Below the pieces are notes generated by a model, which was not told the DNA's origin, did not search any database, and worked only from the letters and a program-made list of their open reading frames with translations. Below are positions 39,597 through 51,900 of a stretch of DNA of 64,000 nt, in pieces. The first letter of the stretch is position 1; each line of letters begins with the position of its first letter. A program made the position numbers and the translations under genes. This stretch comes from Lingula anatina (lineage: Eukaryota; Animalia; Brachiopoda). Location of the stretch: positions 1,674,001 to 1,738,000 of the forward strand of contig CM120641.1 in assembly GCA_051362555.1 (NCBI GenBank), given 5' to 3'.

Positions 39597-39700
39597 AAAA
39601 AACAGAGCATTTTTCCAACACTGGAAATTTCCATCAGGACGGCTTCAGTGCTTCTCTGGGACAACAAATATCAGTTTTGCCCCCCTCCAACCCCTCCCCC

Positions 39701-39750
<50 letters not shown>
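39546..39750 (+). repeat. Poly-A tract (~50 nt) and (CA)n microsatellite
   Basis: A-run at 39546-39595; (AC)n at 39703-39750. Confidence 0.9.
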
Positions 39751-39755
<5 letters not shown>

Positions 39756-40176
39756 AACGAGGGTCTACGTGGAACTCGGCAGCGCTGAAGGTCAAAGACA
39801 GTCCCTTCCAGCCATTCCTTGATCTCCAGTCTCGATACTAGTCCCCAGTACATTGCCGTGTACCCTGGCTGTGGGAAAACAATGTCCCAGCAAAGAACCT
39901 ATCTTGTCAAAGACAAACAATTTGGTCATGATTAATATATTGCTGTTTTGTATCAATATGTTTCATAATTCGATAACCTGGAGACTAAGATACTTGAGTA
40001 AATATATCCAAGGCGGTTCCACAACTTGTCGACAATTTGGGTTCATCACTTTCGCTGGAGTGGATAAGAGGTGCGTTTCACAAGGCAGTGCCGGGGCTTC
40101 CTCGCAAAACCTCCACACAAATTTAATAGAGAACTCAGACAACGACCAAAAAGGTAGGTGGACAGGTTGAATCCGG

Positions 40177-40320
40177 TGATCGCCACATGTTTACCCTTTA
40201 AAAATTGTAAGTTAGCTTTTGCGGATGATCGCACCATGTTTACCCTTTAAAATTGTAAGTTAGCTTTTTCGGAAGATCGCCACGTGTTTACCCTTTAAAA
40301 TTTAATGGTGAGCTTTTTAC
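40177..40320 (+). repeat. ~50-bp tandem repeat x3 upstream of the sushi gene
   Basis: gatcgccacatgtttaccctttaaaa(a)ttgtaagttagcttttt repeated three times with decay. Confidence 0.8.
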
Positions 40321-40939
40321 TGATCGGTTTATCAAATGTCATATTACAAGACAAATATTGGCATCTCTATTCAACTATCTTTCAACGATTATTTTAAATA
40401 ACGCAGCATTTCCTGTCTCTGTAAATTGATAATGTGGCCTCAAATGTTCGTGACAATCACAAATTATTGATAAGAGTCCACAGCTGTGTATTTTCCTGAG
40501 TGTCCAGCTATGCACGTCTCTGTCTGTCTCCATTTGTAGCTGAAACACACAGGTTAGTGAATCTGTCTGCCATTTCATTACAGATACTCTTGGAAACTGA
40601 GTACAGATAATGCTCTTGATGTTATTCTGCACAGTTTGGCGAGCTGAAAATTTCAAGGAAGTCTGATGCTGCCACTACAGCGAGACATTTTAAAATGACA
40701 ATGAATTTCTCACAAATGCATACTTCTTTATATTAACGATAAATTAGTGTTTCCGCTGAAACTATCCCCTTTTACTTTTCATCGCCAAAAACAGTGTTAA
40801 TATTGCCATCCCCAAGAAAGCGAACTCTATGATCACGTGAAATACTGAGGTTTTTATGAAATTGTCCACGTCGTTGGATGGCCATACGGTTATTGTTTTT
40901 TTTTAATTGTTATTACCAGGGAACTGACCGAGGAAAGCG

Positions 40940-42943
40940 ATGGGCGGTCTTGTACGAACAGCGCTGTACGCGTGTGGTGTTCTTCTGCTGGTAAACTTCG
41001 GTAAATATATTGAGAGAGAGAGAGAGAGACTGGCAAGAGTGTTTTCAATGTTTTATCCATAATGTACTTTGATGGCCAAGTTGAATTTGATATTTACCAT
41101 GTTTTTACCCTCAATAAATTTAGTTTAATAAATAAATAATTTTTTTTTATCTGTCAATGGTTTATCTAATATGACAGTTCATTCAACTAATATATATATT
41201 ACATATATATCGGATATTGATCACTGTCAGACCTCTTGAAAATGAAATGTAAACGCATTTAAGTTTTTTATTTAACTAAAAATGTGAAAACTACCCCATC
41301 GATATTTTCGTGAAAACCTTTCAGTATGCGTTAAGAAGCCAAAGTAACGGTTGGGTAGCCAACTATTTTCTAAAACAAGCTTTATGAAAAAGCAGCCAAC
41401 TATCTAAACTGGATTCTTTTCATCTCAGTTTCGTTTATTTCTCTATTAGAAACACAGAGTGTGTGGAGAAACGATTGTGAATAAAGAATTTAACATTAAA
41501 TATAAATATATGAAGTAATAAATAATTTCAAAACTTTTGTGTATCATATTTTCAGCATCCTGTCGCAAGACAAAAGGCAGTAAGTCAACGATCGCTCCCT
41601 ATAAACCGACTACCAAAGGCACCAAAGGCACCCCGGCAGAGAAGACTTTATCAGCGAAGTGGAGTACGGTGACGTGCCACCAGGTGTCCGGTACATGCAG
41701 CAGCTCCTGTGGTAGAGGAAAGGTAGAGCTTCATGGTATCGGAGGGTGCATAACCGGCGTCTGTTGTGTCGACAAAGGTAAATGCAGGCCGTTACTCTGC
41801 AAACACAGAACGTTTTATAACGTTACCATAACGTTTTTTGGGGGTAAAATTAACGATATGGTAACGTTATAATAACGTTATGTGTTTGCTGGGTAATTAC
41901 TGATATGTCTCCTTACATGTAGCAGTTTTGAACAGTCATCTAGAAAATGCAGGGTTGCCTGAAGCGAACTTTCTGAAGTGCACGCGTCTCTGAAACAACA
42001 GTTGATCATCACTGTAGTTAAATTGATAATACCAGAAGATACAAAATTTAAAACAACTTCGAATATGATTGCCAGTGGCCATCTTTCTCAGTATTTGACA
42101 ATAATGCGTGTACTTTTTAAGCCATTGTCATGTATGTCCAGTTCTAGCAACTTGAATTTGTCTTCTTGAATGTTGTCGATCGTACGTTAAGGAGTTACTT
42201 AAGTTGTTGTTTTTTTATAACCAACTCAAAAGACGAAGGACCCTGTAAAGGATACTGCGGAGGAAATTGCCTGAGCTCGAAATACGTGGATAAATATTGC
42301 ACGCAGAAAGGTTACGTCGCGTTGAATGAGTCCGTTTGTGTGGACAGTTCTAAAACATGTTGTGGTAGGTATATGGCTTTAGTTTGTGGGTATTTATGAC
42401 ATAGAAAGTTTTGATAAACGTGTTAAGATATGTTTGGGTGAAAAAAACGTCCTGAACTGAGCTAACTCGAAATTAACACCTGACAATTCGATGGAATCTT
42501 GTTTAGTACCACTTTAAGTAAGCGTGTCAGGTACAGATACGTTTCGATTCATTATTATTTATCTATTTGTAAGTTTTTTTTGTGACTGGTTATAATCGCC
42601 GGAATAAAATACTTGTGTATTTTTGATGTTCCTGTTATCTATTAGAAGAAGCTCCTAACCACCAACTTATTTCCTGTCTGTACACATACAAGCTTCTCTT
42701 AATCCCTTTCTCTTATCATACATGTCTAGACCCCAACCATATGGCATGTGTTAGTTGATAAAATTATAATCCGTTGCCCCTTTATCCACCGCTATACAGT
42801 ATATTACACTTAAAGCATGTTTCTTATGGGGTTTAATGTGTTGGCTTACAAAAATTAAATAAGGAGGTTATTCCTGTTAATCTTTATTGATAATGCTGTG
42901 CAACATTTGAACATTTACATTTCTATTACGAAAATCGAAAAAC

Positions 42944-42978
<35 letters not shown>

Positions 42979-45900
42979 CAATTCACTGAGAAGTCAAACA
43001 TTTCCTCGTTTTTTAGTTTTGAATCGGAAATAGCAAGTTTTACCATTGCTTTCTTTTCTTACAGTACCAAGTTCCACAAAGGCAGAATGCAGCAATAAAG
43101 GTAAAATATTTTGTTATTGCTGTGGCACAATAAACAATTTGTTGATATTGCTTCCGTCACTTATAGCGCTACTCCACGGGATTTCCCCGCCAAACTGAAT
43201 TTTAGAAGTTCTCTCCACGCGTTCCAAGTCCCCTCACATTCATATATTTATGTCTTGTAATTTTTTTTTCACATTCCCAGTTTAGACTCTAAAGATAAAA
43301 AACTCTTTAGAAAAAAAGTTTATCCAAAGCGTACCTAGTAATGATGTCATCTTCTCAGCCTCCTTCAGAATAATCAAAACTACAAACGTTTATTAATCAT
43401 AAAATACGTTTGAAAGATAGGCGTCGACGCGCTGTAGAGGGCGCGGTTTACCTTTACCAAGGATTGTAAAATAGACGAAATATTGATGAAAAGTATTTCA
43501 TAAATACTTCAATACTTTTCCCTGTTCCAAGGGTCAGGGCTGACATCCACTGTAATATAAATATTAAAAATATATTTCTCCCAAATTCAATTTCAACCTG
43601 ACAATCCTTATTCGCTTCAAACAAAGCAGACTGTTGGGTCTTTTAGAAAAATGTCACTACCGACAGATTCATCAAACATATTTCATTAAAATTAAATTTC
43701 ATTTCATTGATTTCAACATCATGAAAATAGCAGCATAAAATGTTTCCAGAATATAAGGAATTTATTAATCCAGAACGGACGTTTTTCTATTGTAGATCCC
43801 TGTGGACCACCACCCGTAGTGGCGAATGCTGAAACGTCAAGTGCGTTGTCGTCTGCTCATGGTTCCGTGCTACGATATCAGTGTAAGAGTGGCTTTGCTG
43901 ACAAAGCTGAATCCTCCAGGTTTTACCGCTACAAGCACCGCGGTGCTTATTACTGCAGAGACGGCTCCTGGATAAGCTACATGCCTATCAATTGTCAGCG
44001 TAGGTATTTTTGATGTTAAGATGATACAGATTAAGAACATGGGATATCTGAAACAATCCTGGCGGTTTTGTGGATTTGATATACTGGATTAGAAGGTTAA
44101 TGATAATTAATATTCTTAAATTTGTCTTCTTAATTTCACAGAAATTTGTCAAAAACCTCCCACGGTAGCCAATGCCGTTGTTTCTGGAGCACCTCTCAGC
44201 GCAGCTAATATCTTCCAAGACGACACAGTAACTTATTCGTGTAAAACTGGATATGCCCAAATTGGCGGATCTGCTATCAGGACCTGTACAAATGGTGCTT
44301 GGAAGGGGAGTGACATCGTATGTCTACGTAAGTTGGACCTTGCATTATCAAATTGTACCGTTAACTCCTCTCTACATTACTTTAAATAACATATGGGCAT
44401 CATAAAACTGTAGTATATATCTTGTTTTCAAAATACTTAATTGTGTATACAAATTAATGAAGAAATAAAATAGACGAAATATTGATGAAAAGTATTACAT
44501 AAATACTCCAATACTTTTCCCTGTTCCAAAGGTCAGGGCTGACATCCACTATAATATTAATTTAAAAATATATTTCTCCCAAATTCAATTTCAACCTGAC
44601 AATCCTTATTCGCTTCAAACAAAGCAGACTGTTGGGTCTTTTAGAAAAATGTCACTACCGGCAGATTCATCAAACATATTTCATTAAAATTAAATTTCAT
44701 TTCATTGATTTCAACATCATGAAAATAGCAGCATAAAATGTTTCCTGAATATAAGGAATTTATGAGTCCAGAACGAACGTTTTTCTATTGTAGGTCCCTG
44801 TGGACCTCCACCCGTAGTGGCGAATGCTGAAACGTCAAGCACGTTGTCGTCTGCTCATGGTTCCGTGCTACGATATCAGTGTAAGAGTGGCTTTGCTGAC
44901 AAAGCTGAACCCTCCAGGTATTACCGCTACCGCGGTGCTTATTACTGCAGAGACGGCGCCTGGATAGGCTACATGCCTATCAATTGTCAGCGTAGGTATT
45001 TTTGATGTAAAGATGATACAGATTAAGAACATGGGATATCTGAAACAATCCTGGCGGTTTTGTGGATGTGATATGCTGGATTTGAAGGTTAATGATAATT
45101 AATATTCTTAAATTTGTCTTCTTAATTTCACAGAAATTTGTCAAAAACCTCCCACGGTAGCCAATGCCGTTGTTTCTGGAGCACCTCTCACCGCTGCTAA
45201 TATCTTCCAAGACGACACAGTGACTTATACGTGTAAAACTGGATATGCCCAAAATGGCGGATCTGCTATCAGGACCTGTACAAATGGTGCTTGGAAGGGG
45301 AGTGACATCGTATGTCTACGTAAGTTGGACCTTGCATTATTATCAAATTGTACCGTTAATTCCTCTCTACATTGTTTTAAATGACATAATTATAAGCATC
45401 ATAAAACTGTAGTATATATCTCGATTTCAAAATACTTTTAAAATTGTCACAATGTGTATACAAATTAATGAAGGCTGAAGCATGTGAATACAACCACCCA
45501 TATCAAAACTAAAAGTTTGCATTAACGAGTTTGCAGGAGTTTGCAAGAAAAATTTTTTCTTGCTGCTAATTTGCAGCTATATTTCTGCTAATTTGCAAGA
45601 AGTTATTGCAATTTGCAGCAATTTAGCAATTTTGCTAAGGAAAAGATATTGAAAGCCATCAGTTGGGTCAGATATATATAATCCATTCTTGTATTCCACA
45701 GAAATTTGTCAAAAACCCCCTACGGTAGCCAATGCCGTTGTTTCTGGAGCGCCTCTCACTGCTGCTAATATCTTCCAAGACGACACAGTGACTTATTCTT
45801 GTAAAACTGGATATGCCCAAAATGGCGGATCTGCTGTCAGGACCTGTACGAACGGTGCTTGGGAGGGAAAGGACATCGTATGTCAGCGTAAGAACCTTTT

Positions 45901-48900
45901 ATTAATACAAATCATCTTTACTTTAAACATTCACTCATTTTCTCTTTACTTTGCTTTACTACCAGTGGTATACTATATATCGTTTTAAACTTTCTAACGT
46001 GTGTGCAATTTATCAATAAAGAATTACTAGGAAATCACTCAAAGAACGCAGATCTCTGCAGAGCACCTTGAAGTGATAAATTGTGGTAGTTGAGAGCACT
46101 TCCATTGTACGAAGTCATTGGTTCTGTCACGCAGAGTTGAAGAATCCTTTAAAACATCTTGGATGCATGTGATTTACCCGGTTACGGATCAGCGCCAAAA
46201 TTGAAATATTAATTTAACTGATCCTTTTTGCGACGTATACTGAAATTTCATAAAAAATGTATCCTTTACATCTTGAGCTAAGCTGGTGACAGACAAACAG
46301 ACAAACGGAGGAGCTCCTTGACTGAGGTAAAATACGGGTCCAAATATGAAAGCCAAATTAATAAAAGCTAATAATACCGATTGGATGAGGTATTTTAGTA
46401 TATATTTGTTATATGATAATTCCTCCTCTCAATTCCACAGAAATTTGTCAAAAACCTCCCACGGTAGCCAATGCCGTTGTTTCTGGAGCACCACTCACAG
46501 CTGCTAATATCTTCCAAGACGACACAGTGACTTATACGTGTAAAACTGGATATGCCCAAAATGGCGGATCTGCTGTCAGAACCTGTACGAACGGTGCTTG
46601 GAAGGGGAGTGACATCGTATGTCAGCGTGAGTTTGGACCTCTCGTCATCGTTAAATAACTTCGTAAATTTCTCTTTACTTTGTTTTACTGCCAGTGCTTT
46701 ATATTTCGTTTCAAACTACTAACTTAAATGTGTTTGGGTCTTTATGCATGTATATGGCCATGTTAATAAAATCTAATAACACCAATCGGGTAAAATATTC
46801 TAGTATATATATATGTCGTATGACATTTCCTCTCCTTAAGCAGTATTTATTTGTCATATGATAATTCCTCTTCTAAAACTCCTTTTCTTAATTTCACAGA
46901 AATTTGTCAAAAACCTCCCACGGTAGCCAATGCCGTTGTTTCTGGAGCACCTCTCAGCGCAGCTAATATCTTCCAAGACGACACAGTGACTTATACGTGT
47001 AAAACTGGATATGCCCAAATTGGCGGATCTGCTATCAGGACCTGTACAAATGGTGCTTGGAAGGGGAGTGACATCGTATGTAAACGTAAGTTGGACCTTG
47101 CATTATCAATGGTACCATTAATTCCTCTCTACATTGCTTTAAATAACATATGGGCATCATAAAACTGTAGTATATATCTCGTTTTCTAAAACTTTTAATT
47201 GTGTATACCAATTAATGAAGAATAAAATAGACGAAATATTGATGAAAAGTATTACATAAATACTCCAATACTTTTCCCTGTTCCAAAGGTCAGGGCTGAC
47301 ATCCACTGTAATATAAATATTAAAAATATATTTCTCCCAAATTCAATTTCAACCTGACAATCCTTATTCGCTTCAAACAAAGCAGACTGTTGGGTCTTTT
47401 AGAAAAATGTCACTACCGGCAGATTCATCAAACATATTTCATTAAAATTAAATTTCATTTCATTGATTTCAACATCATGAAAATAGCAGCATAAAATGTT
47501 TCCAGAATATAAGGAATTTATGAATCCAGAACGAACGTTTTTCTATTGTAGGTCCCTGTGGACCACCACCCGTAGCGGCGAATGCTGAAACGTCAAGCAC
47601 GTTGTCGTCTGCTCACGGTTCCGTGCTACGATATCAGTGTAAGAGTGGCTTTGCTCACAAAGCTGAACCCTCCAGGTTTTACCGCTTCAGGCGCCTCGGT
47701 GTTTATTACTGCAGAGACGGCGCCTGGTTAGGCTACATGCCTATCAATTGTCAGCGTAGGTATTTTTGATGTTAAGATGAAACAGATTAAGAACATGGGA
47801 TATCTAAAACAATCGTGGCAGTTTGGTGGATTTGATATGCTAGATTAGAAGGTATATGATAATTAATATTCTTAAATTTGTCTTCTTGATTTCACAGAAA
47901 TTTGTCAAAAACCTCCCACGGTAGCCAATGCCGTTGTTTCTGGAGCACCTCTCACCGCTGCTTATATCTTCCAAGACGACACAGTGACTTATTCGTGTAA
48001 AACTGGATATGCCCAAAATGGCGGATATGCTATCAGGACCTGTACAAATGGTGCTTGGAAGGGGAGTGACATCGTATGTCAACGTAAGTTGGACCTTGCA
48101 TTATCAAATGGTACCGTTAATTCCTCTCTACATTGCTTTAAATTACATATGGGCATCATAAAACTGTAGTATATATCTAGTTTTCAAAATATTTAATTGT
48201 ATATACAAATTAACGAAGGCTGAAGCATGTGAATACAACCACCCATATCAAAACTAAAAGTTTGCATTAACAAGTTTTGCTGCTAATTTGCAGCCATATT
48301 TCTGCTAATTTGCAAGAAGTTATTGCAATTTGCAGCAATTTAGCAATTTTGCTAAGGAAAAGATATTGAAAGCCATCATTTGGGTCAGATATATATAATC
48401 CATTCTTGTATTTCACAGAAATTTGTCAAAAACCCCCTACGGTAGCCAACGCCGTCGTTGCTGGAGCACCTCTCACCGCTGCTAATATCTTCCAAGACGA
48501 CACAGTGGCTTATTCGTGTAAAACTGGATATGCCCAAAATGGCGGATCTGCTATCAGGACCTGTACTAACGGTGCTTGGAAGGGGAGTGACATCGTATGT
48601 CAGCGTGAGTTTGGAGCTCTCATTATTATCAAAGCATTTTGTTAAATACTCTTTCCTTTGAACATTTACTCGTTTTCAACTAACGTACAAATTTGTGCGA
48701 CTTGATAATAAAGAAATACTTGAAAATCACTCAAAGGACGCAAACCTCCCCCAAACACCTTGCAGTGATACATTGTGGTAGTTGAGATCACATCCATCCT
48801 ACAAGGTCATTGGCTCTGTAGCGCAATGGTGTAGAATCCTTCTTGGCTGCATATGGTTTTCCGGGTAAAGGATCAGCGCCAAACCTTAAATATTTTAAGG

Positions 48901-51900
48901 TATCCTTTTTGTGACCTATCCTGAAAATTTCATAAAAATATATCCATAATTTTTTTAATTAAGCTGGCGATAGACAAACAGACAAACGGAGGTGCTCCTT
49001 GGCGGACGTAAAATACGGGTCCAAATATAAAAGCCAAGTTAATAAATGCTAATAATACAAATTGGATAAGGTATTTTAGTATATATTTGTCATATGATAA
49101 TTCCTCTTCTTAATTTCACAGAAATTTGTCAAAAACCTCCTACGGTAGCCAACGCCGTCGTTTCTGGAACACCTCTCAACGCTGCAAATATCTTCCAAGA
49201 CGACACAGTGACTTATACGTGTAAAACTGGATATGCCCAAAATGGCGGATCTGCTGTCAGGACCTGTACGAACGGTGCTTGGAAGGGGAGTGACATCGTA
49301 TGTCTACGTAAGTTTGGTCCTTTCATTATTGATACCCTCACCATTAACTTGCAGTTGGTCGCCTCTTCTAGTGACGTGGGTTGACATTAATTTTGACCAT
49401 AGGCTAATTCATTTTGTAAGACTGGGGAATAAATACCGTATCTTTTTAAGGATATTGTCACCGTTCGCAAAAAACTATTACTGCTGCCTTACTTACATTC
49501 TTTTGGGTAACAGATATATCTTCAGTGTTCTATGACTAAATTGATTAACATTTATACATGTGTCACAATTGCGATTTTGGGGTAAAAACTGAAAATTCGG
49601 TTTCTCAAATTTCTCTTTTACCTGAGCACCCACGATCATACTTTCAACGCCGATTTAATGGCACCATTTAGTACTCCGAAACTCTGCCAGCGATTTTTCA
49701 TAAAAGTCTTAGTTAAGATTTTATCGTTGATAAGGCAAAATAATGGCTTTTTTGGTAAAAAATTAAGGGCTCATAACTCCATAGCAAAAACATTTAGATG
49801 TAGATTAAACATGTAGTTTATCTCATGTTTTAACAAATAGATTAACCTTCGTAACTTCATGTAATTTTTAAAAATACATGGTCAATACTTTGAATTTGGT
49901 GCACCGGAAAGTACTCCCACTTAAAACTAGGTTAAATTATGACTGCCCTTTGCAAAATATCAGGGCTGCTCCAAATTTGCTGCAATATGGCTGCAAATTA
50001 GCAGCGAAAATTGATTTTTTGCAAACTTCAGTATTGCTGCAAACGTTTTAATTTGCTAAGGGTGATCACCATATTGCTATTTTAGAGACATGTAGCGACC
50101 CCAGGAAGCTCTCCAAGTTAAGATTCTTGACAAAATCCACAGTTTTCAAAGAAGGAGACACCGTCAAATACATGTGTGAATATCAACCCGGGACAACTGC
50201 GACGTTACTGTGTTCAGACGGAGCGTGGGTGCACAGCGGCACCAAATGTTCTGGTACGAACACCCAAAAGTCACGCAAAAGTCACACTAAATCCAGTATT
50301 TAGCACTTAAGCTTCGTTCACAACAAATATGGCCGACCCACATGAAATCTTGTTGCGTAATCCTCGAGGGGGGTGTATTCAGTGTCTATTACGGGTTTAC
50401 GCGGCAAGATTTTAAGTAGGTGGCAATATTCAATCCGCGGACAAGCTAGACCAGTGTTGTGAATGAGGCCTTAAATTGCAAGTTGTGGTTGAACATGTTG
50501 TGTATTTAAGTCAGAGAAGAATTTCATTGGCTGTGTTATGTAATAAGAATAAATTAATTTTTCTTCAATCTTATTACGTTATCTTTCAGAAATATTGGAG
50601 TTAATATATGCATATTGTAGTGACTCTACCCAAGACACTTTTTAAGTACAATTTTATGTGTCCAAAATGAATTATAAGCTTTGACTTTCAGAAAGATGCC
50701 CAGAACCCCCTACTTTCATCCATGCCACTTTAGTAAACAATAAAACATACGTAGAAGGCGACCAAGCAGTGTACGTGTGTGATAAAGGGTATATCAACAA
50801 AGACGGCTTAAGAACCTTGACCTGTGTTTCTGAAAAATGGGACGGCAAAGGCATTAAGTGCACGAGTAAGTTATCACCAAACTAAACAAAGTGTATGTTT
50901 TGATTAATAACCCGAGGAAGCTTATGAGAGATAATACGGAGACCATGCCATCTTTACCTTTGTATTCAGTATATGATTTAATTGCCATTCCTTAATTGGT
51001 TGTAAACACATTGTTCGCAGACTCATTTATTTTCAAATTGCTAGCTTATTGTCACTATGAGACGGTTAAATGTTGGAATGATTGTGGCTTGTTTTCAGAG
51101 ATTTGCCCGCAGCCACCACTTTACCAGTTCGCCCAAATGGTTGAAAATGCATCGGCAATCTACAGCAGCGGGGACTCCGTGAACTACAAATGTTCGAAGG
51201 GCTACGAACCTTCCAACCCCATCAACGTTATGTGTACTGACGGCTTTTGGGTCAACCCTTCGAATAAGACTTGTAAAAGTAGGTGCTTTTATCGATACGA
51301 CTTTATATTATTATTCATATAATTACTTTGTTTATGTAATTCCTAACTTGTGTTGGTCCCCATAACAGATTTAATTTGAATCGGCGCCATTTATAAAGTC
51401 AAGTTAAAACACATGATATCATTTTGTGGTTTTGATACATATTTGATACATTACAGCAGAAAATATTGGAGGATACTTGAACCAAGGTCCCTATTCAACT
51501 CCAAAGTTGTCTTCTGTGACAATGCCAATTTGTAGAGTGTACCTTACGACCACCTGTGTCTGACGTCTCAAGTATAAATAGCCATCGTAGATCATAATAC
51601 TGCCTCGTTCACCCGTAAATCAATATTTCAGGAGCGTGTCCTACGCCACCATCCATTCCTGATACCACAATAAGTCCCCAAATCGGAAAAAGCGTTCCCA
51701 CTGAGGGAGACGCGTTCACGTACAGCTGTGCCTCTGGTTTTGTGTCCACTGGCTCTGAACAGACACACGTTAAAACCTGTCGGGACGGGAAATGGACCCA
51801 GGGTAGCATTCAGTTTCAGTGCAAAAGTAAGTTGTTAAAAGTAATCTGAGTAAACAGTATTAGTACAAGAATAGGTTTACTATGTAAAAGAAATTGGGAA

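Noticed and set aside
39493-39822. ORF with poly-Lys and (TH)n; similar (CV)n, (HT)n and (IY)n ORFs at 25825, 56726 and 59054
   Set aside because: The low-complexity parts are translations of poly-A and dinucleotide microsatellites.
43988-48082. Repeated minus-strand ORFs (MGISSFTRIS..., 43988, 44980, 47840)
   Set aside because: Antisense shadows of the duplicated type-B sushi exons and introns.
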